Origin: Candidatus Omnitrophota bacterium
GTDB lineage: Bacteria; Omnitrophota; Gorgyraeia; Zapsychrales; JBAZNR01
Assembly: GCA_041649175.1 (NCBI GenBank)
Contig: JBAZNR010000002.1
Span: 321,766-385,765 of the forward strand
DNA: 64,000 nt
Reading direction: 5' to 3'
The notes below the pieces were generated by a model, which was not told where the DNA came from, did no database searches, and saw only the letters and a list, made by a program, of their open reading frames with translations. The position numbers were made by a program, and so were the translations under genes. How positions within the stretch are numbered: the stretch's first letter is position 1; each line of letters starts with the position of its first letter. This document shows, piece by piece, positions 9,478 through 18,446 of the stretch.

Positions 9478-9526
9478 GGAGGGCGGCCTTTGGCAAAAGC
9501 CAAAGGCCGCCCCTCCTTTAATTTTC
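9478..9526 (+). terminator. Very stable intrinsic-terminator-like hairpin (17-bp GC-rich stem, aaaa loop) with T-tract, abutting the PilZ start codon
   Basis: ggagggcggcctttggc aaaa gccaaaggccgcccctcc tttaattttc. The 5' arm contains GGAGG. Confidence 0.6.
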
Positions 9527-9527
9527 A

Positions 9528-9899
9528 TTGGAAATGAGCAGCGCAATTAACGACGAAAATCAAAATCTTCCCGAACGACGCGCCGCAATACGCATCAGTT
9601 GCCAAACTCCTTTGGCATTTAAAGTCTGTAAGGAAGAGACGATCTCAAAGATCATGGAGGGCTACGCGCAGAATATCAGCAGCGACGGTTTGCGCTGTAC
9701 TATTTCGCAGGAAGTTCCCGTGGGTTGCACCTTATGGCTCAAACTTGACACCGACGCGTTAAGCCTTTGTGAAGAATTGGATAAAAATGCCGTTATTTTA
9801 CAGCACGGGATTTTAGGAAAAGTTGTCTGGCTGGATAAAGTCTCCGATGACCATTATGATATCGGGTTGCAATTTATTACACGAGAAGAACGAGAATAA
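9528..9899 (+). CDS. Stand-alone PilZ domain protein (c-di-GMP receptor)
   Basis: RRAAIR (RxxxR) and NISSDG (D/NxSxxG) motifs, about 120 aa. Confidence 0.7.
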   Translation: MEMSSAINDENQNLPERRAAIRISCQTPLAFKVCKEETISKIMEGYAQNISSDGLRCTISQEVPVGCTLWLKLDTDALSLCEELDKNAVILQHGILGKVVWLDKVSDDHYDIGLQFITREERE

Positions 9900-9906
9900 C
9901 ACTTCC

Positions 9907-10914
9907 ATGAAACAACAAAAATCTTTACAACAAATTGCGGTCCTGGGCGATGGAGGATGGGGAACAACCCTGGCGATCCACTTAGCCAAAAAAGGATACT
10001 CCGTTAAGCTTTGGGGAGCTTTTCCCACCTACGCAAAACAAGTTAGCGCGACTAGAGAAAATAAAAAATTTCTACCCGAAATAACGATTCCTCAAAGCGT
10101 TGCCATTACCGGCGATTTATCTTTCGCGCTTAGCGGCGCTTCGGTGATTGTCTTGGCGATCCCGTCTCAGTATACGCGCAGCATCGTTCAGCGATTAAGA
10201 AATTTCGATCTTTCAGGAAAGGCTCTGCTGAGCGTAACGAAAGGTATCGAGATCTCAACACTTAAACGTATTTCGCAGATCATCCATGAAGAATTAGGGG
10301 CTGTGAATTTGGCGGTCCTTTCAGGGCCAACCATCGCCAGAGAAGTTGCGCTGGGGATCCCGACAACAGCTGTCATCGCGTCAAAAAATATGGTCATCGC
10401 TAAAAAATTACAAAAGATATTTAATTCAAATTCGTTTCGGATCTATACGAACACCGATGTTGTCGGCACCGAACTTGGGGGAAGCGTTAAAAATGTCATC
10501 GCCATCGCTTGCGGCATTTGCGACGGATTAGGATTTGGAAGTAACGCGAAAGCGGCTATCTTAACGCGCGGCTTAGCGGAAATGGCGCGCCTAGGTATTG
10601 CTTTAGGCGCCCAAGCAAAAACATTTTCGGGATTAACGGGGTTAGGCGATCTGGCGACCACCTGTTTTAGCCCTGAAAGCCGCAACCGCCGTGTCGGCGA
10701 AAAGCTCGGGGAAGGAAAAACCATCAAGCAGATCCTCGCCTCGACCAATATGATCGCCGAAGGGATCAGCAATGCCAAAGCGGTTTTTCTTTTAAGCAAA
10801 AAAAATAAAATTGATATGCCCATCACATCTCAGGTTTATAGTATTATTTATCAGAAAAAAAATGTCCGAAAAGCTGTTACCGATTTAATGCAACGAACAC
10901 TAAAGTCAGAATAA
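9907..10914 (+). CDS. gpsA: NAD(P)H-dependent glycerol-3-phosphate dehydrogenase
   Basis: IAVLGDGGWGTTLA N-terminal Rossmann motif and GpsA-like C-terminal domain. Internal ATG at 9907 chosen as start. Confidence 0.88.
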   Translation: MKQQKSLQQIAVLGDGGWGTTLAIHLAKKGYSVKLWGAFPTYAKQVSATRENKKFLPEITIPQSVAITGDLSFALSGASVIVLAIPSQYTRSIVQRLRNFDLSGKALLSVTKGIEISTLKRISQIIHEELGAVNLAVLSGPTIAREVALGIPTTAVIASKNMVIAKKLQKIFNSNSFRIYTNTDVVGTELGGSVKNVIAIACGICDGLGFGSNAKAAILTRGLAEMARLGIALGAQAKTFSGLTGLGDLATTCFSPESRNRRVGEKLGEGKTIKQILASTNMIAEGISNAKAVFLLSKKNKIDMPITSQVYSIIYQKKNVRKAVTDLMQRTLKSE

Positions 10915-10938
10915 AAACTTAATTTTAAGGAGAGTTGT

Positions 10939-11016
10939 CGGAGCGTGGCGCAGCTTGGCTAGCGCACTTGTATGGGGTACAAGGGGTCGTGAGTTCAAAT
11001 CTCACCGCTCCGACCA
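10939..11016 (+). tRNA. tRNA-Pro (anticodon GGG), CCA encoded
   Basis: Acceptor cggagcg/cgctccg, anticodon loop atggggt, T-arm gtgagttcaaatctcac. Confidence 0.85.
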
Positions 11017-11024
11017 TTAAATGT

Positions 11025-11405
11025 ATGGAAAACTGGAATAATAAAGAACGTCGGCGCTATATCCGGATCACCAAGCATTTCATTATTTCTTACTTTGACC
11101 GCAATGATCCGGCAGTCAAACATGATGTCTCTCAAGTGCGCAATATCAGCCTAGGAGGGATCTGTTTTATTACATCCGTGCAATACGCGCCGTCCACAAA
11201 ACTAGCCATTGAATTAAAGACACCCTATTTATCGGACACGGCGCATATGGAAGGAACGGTTCTGGAATCCAGCGAAAAGATCACCGGAATGATCTATGAA
11301 ACACGGCTTGTCTTTAGCCCTTTAGCCCCTCAAGTCGAAATTATATTAAAACGCGTGATCGAGACATTTTTAAAGATGAAAGAGGAGAAAAACAGCAATG
11401 AATAA
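11025..11405 (+). CDS. Stand-alone PilZ domain protein (paralog 2)
   Basis: ERRRYIRI and RNISLGG motifs. The ORF-track start at 10935 overlaps tRNA-Pro, so ATG 11025 is preferred. Confidence 0.7.
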   Translation: MENWNNKERRRYIRITKHFIISYFDRNDPAVKHDVSQVRNISLGGICFITSVQYAPSTKLAIELKTPYLSDTAHMEGTVLESSEKITGMIYETRLVFSPLAPQVEIILKRVIETFLKMKEEKNSNE

Positions 11406-12696
11406 ACTTAATGTGGGACTGATCGGATTTGGCGTTGTCGGATCCGGAGTCGTCAAATTCCTAACGGAACGAAAAAAATTCATCGCCCGAAAATTCGATA
11501 CCGAATTTGTTATTAAGAAGATCTGTGACCGTAATATCCGCGCCATCAACCGCACAGGGTTAAGCAAGTCCACTGTTTTTACAACAGATTATAACAATGT
11601 CATCAATGACAGCGAAATTGATGTCGTCGTTGAGCTCATCGGAGGGCTTAAACCGGCCGAAGAGATCATGATGACATCATTACGCAACGGAAAACATGTC
11701 GTCACGGCCAACAAAGAACTTTTAGCGCATAAAGGCAAGGAACTTTTTACTGAAGGAAAAGAGCGCCACCGTGACATTTATTTTGAGGCTTCTGTCGGCG
11801 CCGGAATTCCCATTATCAAGTCCATCGCCGAAGGATTAGCCGGAAACAAATTTAACGGTGTTTACGGTATCATCAACGGAACTTCCAATTTCATCTTAAG
11901 TGAAATGACCAAGAATGAATGCACCTTTGACTATGCGCTAAAAGAAGCTCAGCAGCGCGGCTACGCGGAAAGTAATCCGACGCTGGATATCAGCGGGATG
12001 GATTCGGCGCACAAACTGGCCGTTTTGATCTTTTTGGCGTTCGGAAAATTTGTTGATATCAAAGATGTTTATACGGAAGGGATCTCGCATATCACCCATG
12101 CGGATATTGAATACGCGCAAAGTTTAAACTTGACCATTAAACTTTTAGCGATCGCAAAGAAATCAGACGACCGCCTGGAAGCGCGCGTCCATCCGACACT
12201 GATCCCCAAGAATCATCCTCTGGCATCCGTTAACGGCGTTTTTAACGCGCTTTTACTAGACACGTATCCAACCGGAGACGTTTTGCTTTATGGACAAGGC
12301 GCGGGACAAATGTCGGCCGCCGGAGGAGTCATCAGCGATCTGATCAACCTGGCGCTTCGGCATAAATTAAAATCAGCCGCAAGAATTGAAAGCTTGGTCA
12401 AAGAAAACCCAACTTTAAAATTAAAGAAAATGGATGATATCGAGGCGAAATTTTATATTCGGTTCATGGCGATCGACAAGCCGGGAATTTTATCTGTTAT
12501 CAGCGGCATTTTAGGAAAACACGGTATCAGCATTGCCTCGGTGACCCAAAAAATACACAAACGTTCTTCGGCGGTTCCGGTTTTTATGCTCACACATCCG
12601 GCTAAAGAAAAAAAGATCCGCCTAGCCTTAGAAAAGATCAGCCGGCTGGCTATTGTTAGAAGCGACCCCGTTGCTATTCGAATGGAGAAATTTTAA
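11398..12696 (+). CDS. hom: Homoserine dehydrogenase with C-terminal ACT domain
   Basis: VGLIGFGVVGSGV NAD-binding motif, Hom catalytic-domain similarity, ACT-like C-terminus. Confidence 0.88.
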   Translation: MNKLNVGLIGFGVVGSGVVKFLTERKKFIARKFDTEFVIKKICDRNIRAINRTGLSKSTVFTTDYNNVINDSEIDVVVELIGGLKPAEEIMMTSLRNGKHVVTANKELLAHKGKELFTEGKERHRDIYFEASVGAGIPIIKSIAEGLAGNKFNGVYGIINGTSNFILSEMTKNECTFDYALKEAQQRGYAESNPTLDISGMDSAHKLAVLIFLAFGKFVDIKDVYTEGISHITHADIEYAQSLNLTIKLLAIAKKSDDRLEARVHPTLIPKNHPLASVNGVFNALLLDTYPTGDVLLYGQGAGQMSAAGGVISDLINLALRHKLKSAARIESLVKENPTLKLKKMDDIEAKFYIRFMAIDKPGILSVISGILGKHGISIASVTQKIHKRSSAVPVFMLTHPAKEKKIRLALEKISRLAIVRSDPVAIRMEKF

Positions 12697-13749
12697 ATGG
12701 CTTGGCGCGGCATTATCGAACACTATAAAGAATTCTTACCCGTAACGGATAAAACTCCCGTTGTTTCGCTTAATGAAGGGAATACGCCGCTTATTTTGTC
12801 AAATTACCTGACAAAAAAGATCGGGCTCAATGTTTATCTTAAATACGAAGGATTAAATCCCACCGGATCATTTAAAGACCGCGGGATGACCATGGCGATC
12901 TCAAAAGCCCTGGAAGCCAATTCAACCGCCGTTATGTGCGCCTCCACCGGAAATACTTCGGCCTCAGCAGCCGCGTATGCCGCGCGTTGCGCTATGAAAT
13001 GCATTGTCCTTATTCCCGACGGAAATATCGCTTTAGGAAAATTGGCGCAGGCCATGATCCACAATGCCCAAGTCATTGCGGTTAAGGGAAATTTTGATGA
13101 TGCCCTTGAATTGGTTAAAGAGATAACGAATAAATATCCGATCTCGTTGGTTAATTCTTTAAATCCGTTTCGCATTGAGGGGCAGAAAACTGCCGCCTTT
13201 GAGATCTGTGATTTTTTGGAAGACGCTCCGGAATTCCACGCGATCCCTGTTGGAAACGCGGGGAACATCACCGCGTACTGGAAAGGGTATAAAGAATATA
13301 AAAATGCCGGTCGATCATCACGGCTTCCGGTGATGCTAGGATTTCAGGCCGCGCTTTCCGCGCCAATCGTCAAAAATAAGATCATCAAAGATCCTAAAAC
13401 GATCGCAACCGCTATCAAGATAGGAAATCCGGCCAGCTGGAAATCCGCACTTGCCGCACGCGACGAATCAAAAGGGCTCATCAATGCTGTCACCGATAAA
13501 GAAATATTATCGGCGTATAAAATATTAGCGCAATATGACGGTGTTTTTGCCGAACCGGCCTCCGCGGCATCCGTTGCCGGAATTTTAAAACTGAACGCCG
13601 CAAATTATTTTCGCGATAAAAAAGGGCCGATCGTGTGTACTTTAACCGGACACGGGCTTAAAGATCCCAACATCGCTATTCAAAGCATCAAGAAACCTGT
13701 TTCGCTTAAAGTTGATCTTAAAACCATATTAAAATACATTGGTTACTAA
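12697..13749 (+). CDS. thrC: Threonine synthase
   Basis: PLP-lysine motif GSFKDRG, length about 350 aa, adjacent to hom. Confidence 0.88.
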   Translation: MAWRGIIEHYKEFLPVTDKTPVVSLNEGNTPLILSNYLTKKIGLNVYLKYEGLNPTGSFKDRGMTMAISKALEANSTAVMCASTGNTSASAAAYAARCAMKCIVLIPDGNIALGKLAQAMIHNAQVIAVKGNFDDALELVKEITNKYPISLVNSLNPFRIEGQKTAAFEICDFLEDAPEFHAIPVGNAGNITAYWKGYKEYKNAGRSSRLPVMLGFQAALSAPIVKNKIIKDPKTIATAIKIGNPASWKSALAARDESKGLINAVTDKEILSAYKILAQYDGVFAEPASAASVAGILKLNAANYFRDKKGPIVCTLTGHGLKDPNIAIQSIKKPVSLKVDLKTILKYIGY

Positions 13750-14389
13750 ACGCTCTTTAAAAAATAAAAAAGTCCTGGTGACGTGCGGGCCGACGTGGGT
13801 CGCGATCGACGATATGCGTGTTATCAGCAACCGATCCACCGGAACGCTGGGGCATTTGATCACCAAGGAACTCATTAAAGAAGGGGCTCTCGTAACACTT
13901 TTGCAAGGGCCGACGACTGATCCGGCTAACTGCAAACCAAAAAAAATCATTCCGTTTCTTTTTTTTGAGGAACTTAAGCGTCTATTAAGCCAAGAGTTAA
14001 AAAAAGGATATGATGTTGTCATCCACGCGGCAGCTGTTTCGGATTACAAACTTCGAAAAACCTATTCCGCGAAACTCAGCTCACATATTCCACGGTTAAC
14101 GCTTAAGCTCACTCCAACTGAGAAGCTGATCGAACGGATCAAGAAAATATGCCCCCGGGCTTTCTTGGTCGGTTTTAAACTCGAATCAGACATAAGTAAG
14201 AACTTGCTTTTAACAAAAGCCGGACGCCTTTTTACAAATGCCGGTTGCGGCCTTGTCATCGCAAACACTTTTGACAAAAACGGTTATCGCAGTTATATTT
14301 TAGGCTCAAAGAAAAACGTTTTAGGGCAAGCAAAAACCAAAACGGTTACGGCAAGAAAAATCATTCAAACCTTAAAGAGATGTCTATGA
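13739..14389 (+). CDS. coaB: Phosphopantothenate-cysteine ligase (stand-alone CoaB domain)
   Basis: KKVLVTCGPTWVAIDDMRVISNRSTG and AAVSDY match the Dfp CoaB domain. Confidence 0.7.
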   Translation: MVTKRSLKNKKVLVTCGPTWVAIDDMRVISNRSTGTLGHLITKELIKEGALVTLLQGPTTDPANCKPKKIIPFLFFEELKRLLSQELKKGYDVVIHAAAVSDYKLRKTYSAKLSSHIPRLTLKLTPTEKLIERIKKICPRAFLVGFKLESDISKNLLLTKAGRLFTNAGCGLVIANTFDKNGYRSYILGSKKNVLGQAKTKTVTARKIIQTLKRCL

Positions 14390-15582
14390 AATATATCATT
14401 ATAGTTCCCGATGGCATGGCAGATGAGCCCGTCACGGAATTAGGCGACAAAACACCTCTGCAAGTTGCTCATACGACCAATATGGATTATTTAGCTCAAA
14501 ACGGTTTTGTCGGCTTAGTTCAAACAATTCCGGCTAAAATGCCGCCGGGATCCGACATCGGCAATTTGGCCATGCTCGGCTATAATCCCAAAAAACATTT
14601 TTCCGGACGGGCCGCGCTAGAAGCCGCCAATCTCAACATCACCCTCGCGAATGATGAGATCGTGTTTCGTTGCAATTTAGTTACTATTTCTAACGGTAAA
14701 ATGGCCGACTACAGCGCCGGGCATATTTCTACCAAAGAAGCCGCGCCCATTATTGAAACGCTCAATAAAGAAATTGATATTCCGGGCGTTAAATTTTATG
14801 CCGGAAAAAGCTATCGGCATCTGGTCGTCATCAAAACAAATAAAAAGGAACTCTTAGCCAAAATTAAATGCGCTCCGCCGCACGATATTTCGGGGCAGGA
14901 TATCAAGCGCTATTTGCCGGGCGGACGCCAAGCCGAAATCCTTTTGCGGCTCATGGAACATTCGAAGAAAATTTTGGAAAATCATTCCATCAATCAAGTA
15001 CGCCTTGACCTCAAGGAAAATCCGGCGAACATGATCTGGCTTTGGGGGCAAGGAACCCGGCCGCATTTGCCGTCATTTGAAGAGCGATTCGGCATTAAGG
15101 GATCAGTGATCTCTGCCGTCGATCTCGTCAACGGCATAGGGAAGCTGACCGGCCTTGACGTTATTACCGTTCCCGGCGCAACCGGATACTATGACACCAA
15201 TTACGCCGGAAAAGCGCAGGCCGCTTTAGATTCGCTCAAGAAAAAAGATTTTGTTTTTGTCCATATTGAAGCGCCCGATGAAGCCGGACACAACGGTGAT
15301 TTTAAAATGAAGACGGCGTGCATTGAACGCATTGATCGAGAGATCGTCGGGCCGATCTTAAATCATTTTGACAAACACAGCGATTTCCGTATTCTGATCG
15401 CGCCGGATCATCCCACACCGGTTAAGAAACGCACGCACACAAGCGATCCGGTTTGTTTTGTGATGTACGGCAAAGGTATCATTAACGATAGTGCTCAAGA
15501 ATACAACGAAATAACCGCGCAACAAAAAGGATTAAAATTCCAAAGTGGGGAAGCGCTCATCGAATATTTTATCAAGGGTTAA
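14380..15582 (+). CDS. apgM: Cofactor-independent phosphoglycerate mutase, archaeal type
   Basis: MKYIIIVPDGMADEP N-terminus and overall ApgM-family similarity, about 400 aa. Confidence 0.7.
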   Translation: MSMKYIIIVPDGMADEPVTELGDKTPLQVAHTTNMDYLAQNGFVGLVQTIPAKMPPGSDIGNLAMLGYNPKKHFSGRAALEAANLNITLANDEIVFRCNLVTISNGKMADYSAGHISTKEAAPIIETLNKEIDIPGVKFYAGKSYRHLVVIKTNKKELLAKIKCAPPHDISGQDIKRYLPGGRQAEILLRLMEHSKKILENHSINQVRLDLKENPANMIWLWGQGTRPHLPSFEERFGIKGSVISAVDLVNGIGKLTGLDVITVPGATGYYDTNYAGKAQAALDSLKKKDFVFVHIEAPDEAGHNGDFKMKTACIERIDREIVGPILNHFDKHSDFRILIAPDHPTPVKKRTHTSDPVCFVMYGKGIINDSAQEYNEITAQQKGLKFQSGEALIEYFIKG

Positions 15583-15610
15583 CAACACCAAAAACAAAGG
15601 GCAAGAAAAG

Positions 15611-16834
15611 ATGGAAAAGAAATTAGTTGTGCAAAAATACGGCGGGTCTTCGGTCGCCGATATCGACAGGATTAAAATAGTCGCTCAGCGTATCGCGTCC
15701 TATAAAAATCCTCATCAAAATGTTGTTGTTGTTGTCTCCGCGATGGGAGACACAACTGACGAATTAGAGGACTACGCGTTTAAGATCACCAAGAATCCTC
15801 CGGAACGAGAAATGGACATGCTCATGTCAACGGGAGAGCAGATCTCTTCCTCACTTTTAGCGATGGCGATCCGAACACTAGGCCACGACGCCATTTCGTT
15901 TACCGGGGGACAGGTCGGAATTAAAACCGATAGATCGCATACCCGAGCACGAATTTTAAGGATTGACACGCGAAGAATTAAAAAAGCTCTTTTGGAAAAT
16001 AAGATCGTTATCGTCGCGGGATTTCAGGGCGTCACTCACGACGACGATATCACAACTTTAGGGCGCGGCGGATCAGACTTAACGGCTGTTGCCTTAGCGC
16101 AAGCGCTGGGCGCGAATGTTTGCGAGATCTATACCGATGTGACTGGAATTTTCACGACAGACCCGCGCATTGTTCCAAAGGCAAAGAAGATTCCGGTCAT
16201 TACTTTCGAAGAAATGTTGGAAATGGCGGCCTTGGGCGCGCAAGTCATGCAAGCCCGTTCTATTGAAGTCGCCAAGAAATATAATATCCCATTACACGTA
16301 CGTTCAAGTTTTGCCAAGGAGGAAGGAACCATGATCGTGAAAGGAAATGAGAAATTAGAAAGTGTTTCAGTGCGCGCCATTACCAGCAATAAATCAGAGG
16401 CCAAAATTACCATTTGCGACGTTCCGGATAAACCAGGCGTTGCAGCACGTATTTTTACCGAAATTTCTAAAAAAGGCGTTAATGTCGATATGATCGTGCA
16501 AAATGTCAGCCGCACGCGCCATACCGATATTTCGTTCACAGTACCCAAAACCGAGATCAATAAAGCGCTTACAACGGTGCGGCATATCAATAAAACCATC
16601 GGTTTTGGAAATATCACCTACGATAAAGACATCGCGCGCATTTCTATTGTCGGATCGGGTATGCGTTCGCACCCCGGAATTGCCGCGAAGATGTTCAAAT
16701 CATTAGCCGATAATAAAATAAATATTGAAATGATCTCAACATCAGAAATTAGCGTTTCCTGTATCATCGAAAGAAAATTTGCCAACAAAGCTGTTAAGGA
16801 ACTACACAAAAGTTTTAAATTAGAAAAGGTATAG
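15611..16834 (+). CDS. lysC: Aspartate kinase with C-terminal ACT domains
   Basis: KLVVQKYGGSSV N-terminal motif and ACT repeats. Internal ATG at 15611 preferred over the ORF-track start. Confidence 0.85.
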   Translation: MEKKLVVQKYGGSSVADIDRIKIVAQRIASYKNPHQNVVVVVSAMGDTTDELEDYAFKITKNPPEREMDMLMSTGEQISSSLLAMAIRTLGHDAISFTGGQVGIKTDRSHTRARILRIDTRRIKKALLENKIVIVAGFQGVTHDDDITTLGRGGSDLTAVALAQALGANVCEIYTDVTGIFTTDPRIVPKAKKIPVITFEEMLEMAALGAQVMQARSIEVAKKYNIPLHVRSSFAKEEGTMIVKGNEKLESVSVRAITSNKSEAKITICDVPDKPGVAARIFTEISKKGVNVDMIVQNVSRTRHTDISFTVPKTEINKALTTVRHINKTIGFGNITYDKDIARISIVGSGMRSHPGIAAKMFKSLADNKINIEMISTSEISVSCIIERKFANKAVKELHKSFKLEKV

Positions 16835-16847
16835 AAAGGACCGCTTC

Positions 16848-18419
16848 ATGCCTCACATTGTTATTTACGATACCACCTTACGCGATGGCGCCCAAACTGA
16901 GGGAGTTTCGTTCTCCGTCAACGACAAAGTGAAGATCACGGAAAAATTGGACGAACTCGGGATTCATTACATTGAAGGCGGCTGGCCGGGCTCTAATCCG
17001 AAAGATAAAGAGTTTTTTGCGTTAATGAAGAAACACAAGCTCAAGAATTCTGTTCTGGCGGCCTTCGGCTCGACCCGGCGCGCTCAAACAACACCCGCGG
17101 AAGATAAAAACCTTCAAGAGCTCATCAAATCCGAAACAAAAACGATCACCATCTTCGGAAAAAGCTGGGACTTGCATGTCACCGACGTTTTGCGGACAAC
17201 TTTGGATGAAAATTTAAAGATGATCTTTGATTCGGTGGAATTCCTCAAGAAAAAAAAGAGGGAAGTCTTTTATGACGCCGAACATTTCTTTGATGCTTAT
17301 AAGCGCAATCCCGAATATGCCTTAAAAACAATTCTGGCCGCGCAATCTGCCGGCGCCGATTGCATTATTCTTTGCGACACCAACGGCGGAAGCCTACCCG
17401 AGGAAGTCCGCCGTATCGTCTCGGAAGTAAAACCAAAACTTAGCGTCCAGCTAGGAATTCATACGCATAATGACTTATCCGTATCGGTTGCCAATTCCAT
17501 TGCCGCTGTTCAAGCCGGCTGCACGCAAGTTCAAGGAACACTCAACGGTTTAGGAGAACGCTGCGGAAACGCGGATCTTTCTTCCATCATCGGGATCTTA
17601 AATACAAAAATGAAGATGAAGTCAATCCCCGACGATAAACTTAAGCTCTTGACCGAAACGTGTTACTTCGTAAGCGAAATGAGCAATCAAAAACTCCCCG
17701 ATAATCATGCTTTCACGGGGCATTCGGCATTTGCCCACAAAGGCGGCGTTCATATTGATGCCGTCAACAAAACGCCCATAGCCTACGAGCACATTGATCC
17801 GCAGTCAGTGGGAAATCATCGCCGGTTTTTAACATCCGAGCTGGCAGGAAAAATTCCCATCGTTTTAAAAGCGCAGGAATTAAATTTAAAGCTGGATAAA
17901 AAATCTCCGCAAGCCAAGAAACTTTTAAAATCTCTTCAGGAAAAAGAGCATGGAGGTTATCAATTTGAAGCGGCCGACGCTTCGTTTGAATTATTCATGA
18001 AGCGCGAGCTTAAAAAATATCCGTCTTTCTTTAAATTGGAAGCGTTTAAAGTCACCGTGGAAAAACGCCACGACGGAAAAGTTTTCGCCGAAGCATCTAT
18101 CCGATTAAATGTCAAAGGCCACGATGAATTCAGCGCCGCCGACGGACACGGGCCGGTAGACGCCTTAGACAAGGCTTTACGTAAAGCTTTAAATAAATTT
18201 TATCCGCATTTAAATCAAATGCATTTATCGGATTTTAAAGTGCGTGTTTTAGATACAAAGGCCGGCACCGCCGCCAAAGTTCGGGTTTTGATCGAATCGC
18301 AGGACGATAAAGATTCCTGGACCACCGTCGGTGTTCACGAGAATATCATTGAGGCTAGCTGGGAAGCGTTGATGGATTCTGTAGAATATAAATTATTAAA
18401 AGACCAGAAGAAATCTTAA
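16848..18419 (+). CDS. cimA: Citramalate synthase / 2-isopropylmalate synthase family protein
   Basis: IYDTTLRDGAQ DRE-TIM barrel motif, HTHND motif, C-terminal LeuA-dimerisation-like domain, 523 aa. Confidence 0.75.
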   Translation: MPHIVIYDTTLRDGAQTEGVSFSVNDKVKITEKLDELGIHYIEGGWPGSNPKDKEFFALMKKHKLKNSVLAAFGSTRRAQTTPAEDKNLQELIKSETKTITIFGKSWDLHVTDVLRTTLDENLKMIFDSVEFLKKKKREVFYDAEHFFDAYKRNPEYALKTILAAQSAGADCIILCDTNGGSLPEEVRRIVSEVKPKLSVQLGIHTHNDLSVSVANSIAAVQAGCTQVQGTLNGLGERCGNADLSSIIGILNTKMKMKSIPDDKLKLLTETCYFVSEMSNQKLPDNHAFTGHSAFAHKGGVHIDAVNKTPIAYEHIDPQSVGNHRRFLTSELAGKIPIVLKAQELNLKLDKKSPQAKKLLKSLQEKEHGGYQFEAADASFELFMKRELKKYPSFFKLEAFKVTVEKRHDGKVFAEASIRLNVKGHDEFSAADGHGPVDALDKALRKALNKFYPHLNQMHLSDFKVRVLDTKAGTAAKVRVLIESQDDKDSWTTVGVHENIIEASWEALMDSVEYKLLKDQKKS

Positions 18420-18446
18420 CTGAAATTTCCAAATGGCCTCATTAAC

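Noticed and set aside
10935-11024. N-terminal extension of the second PilZ ORF
   Set aside because: It would be translated through tRNA-Pro. The internal ATG at 11025 gives a normal PilZ length.
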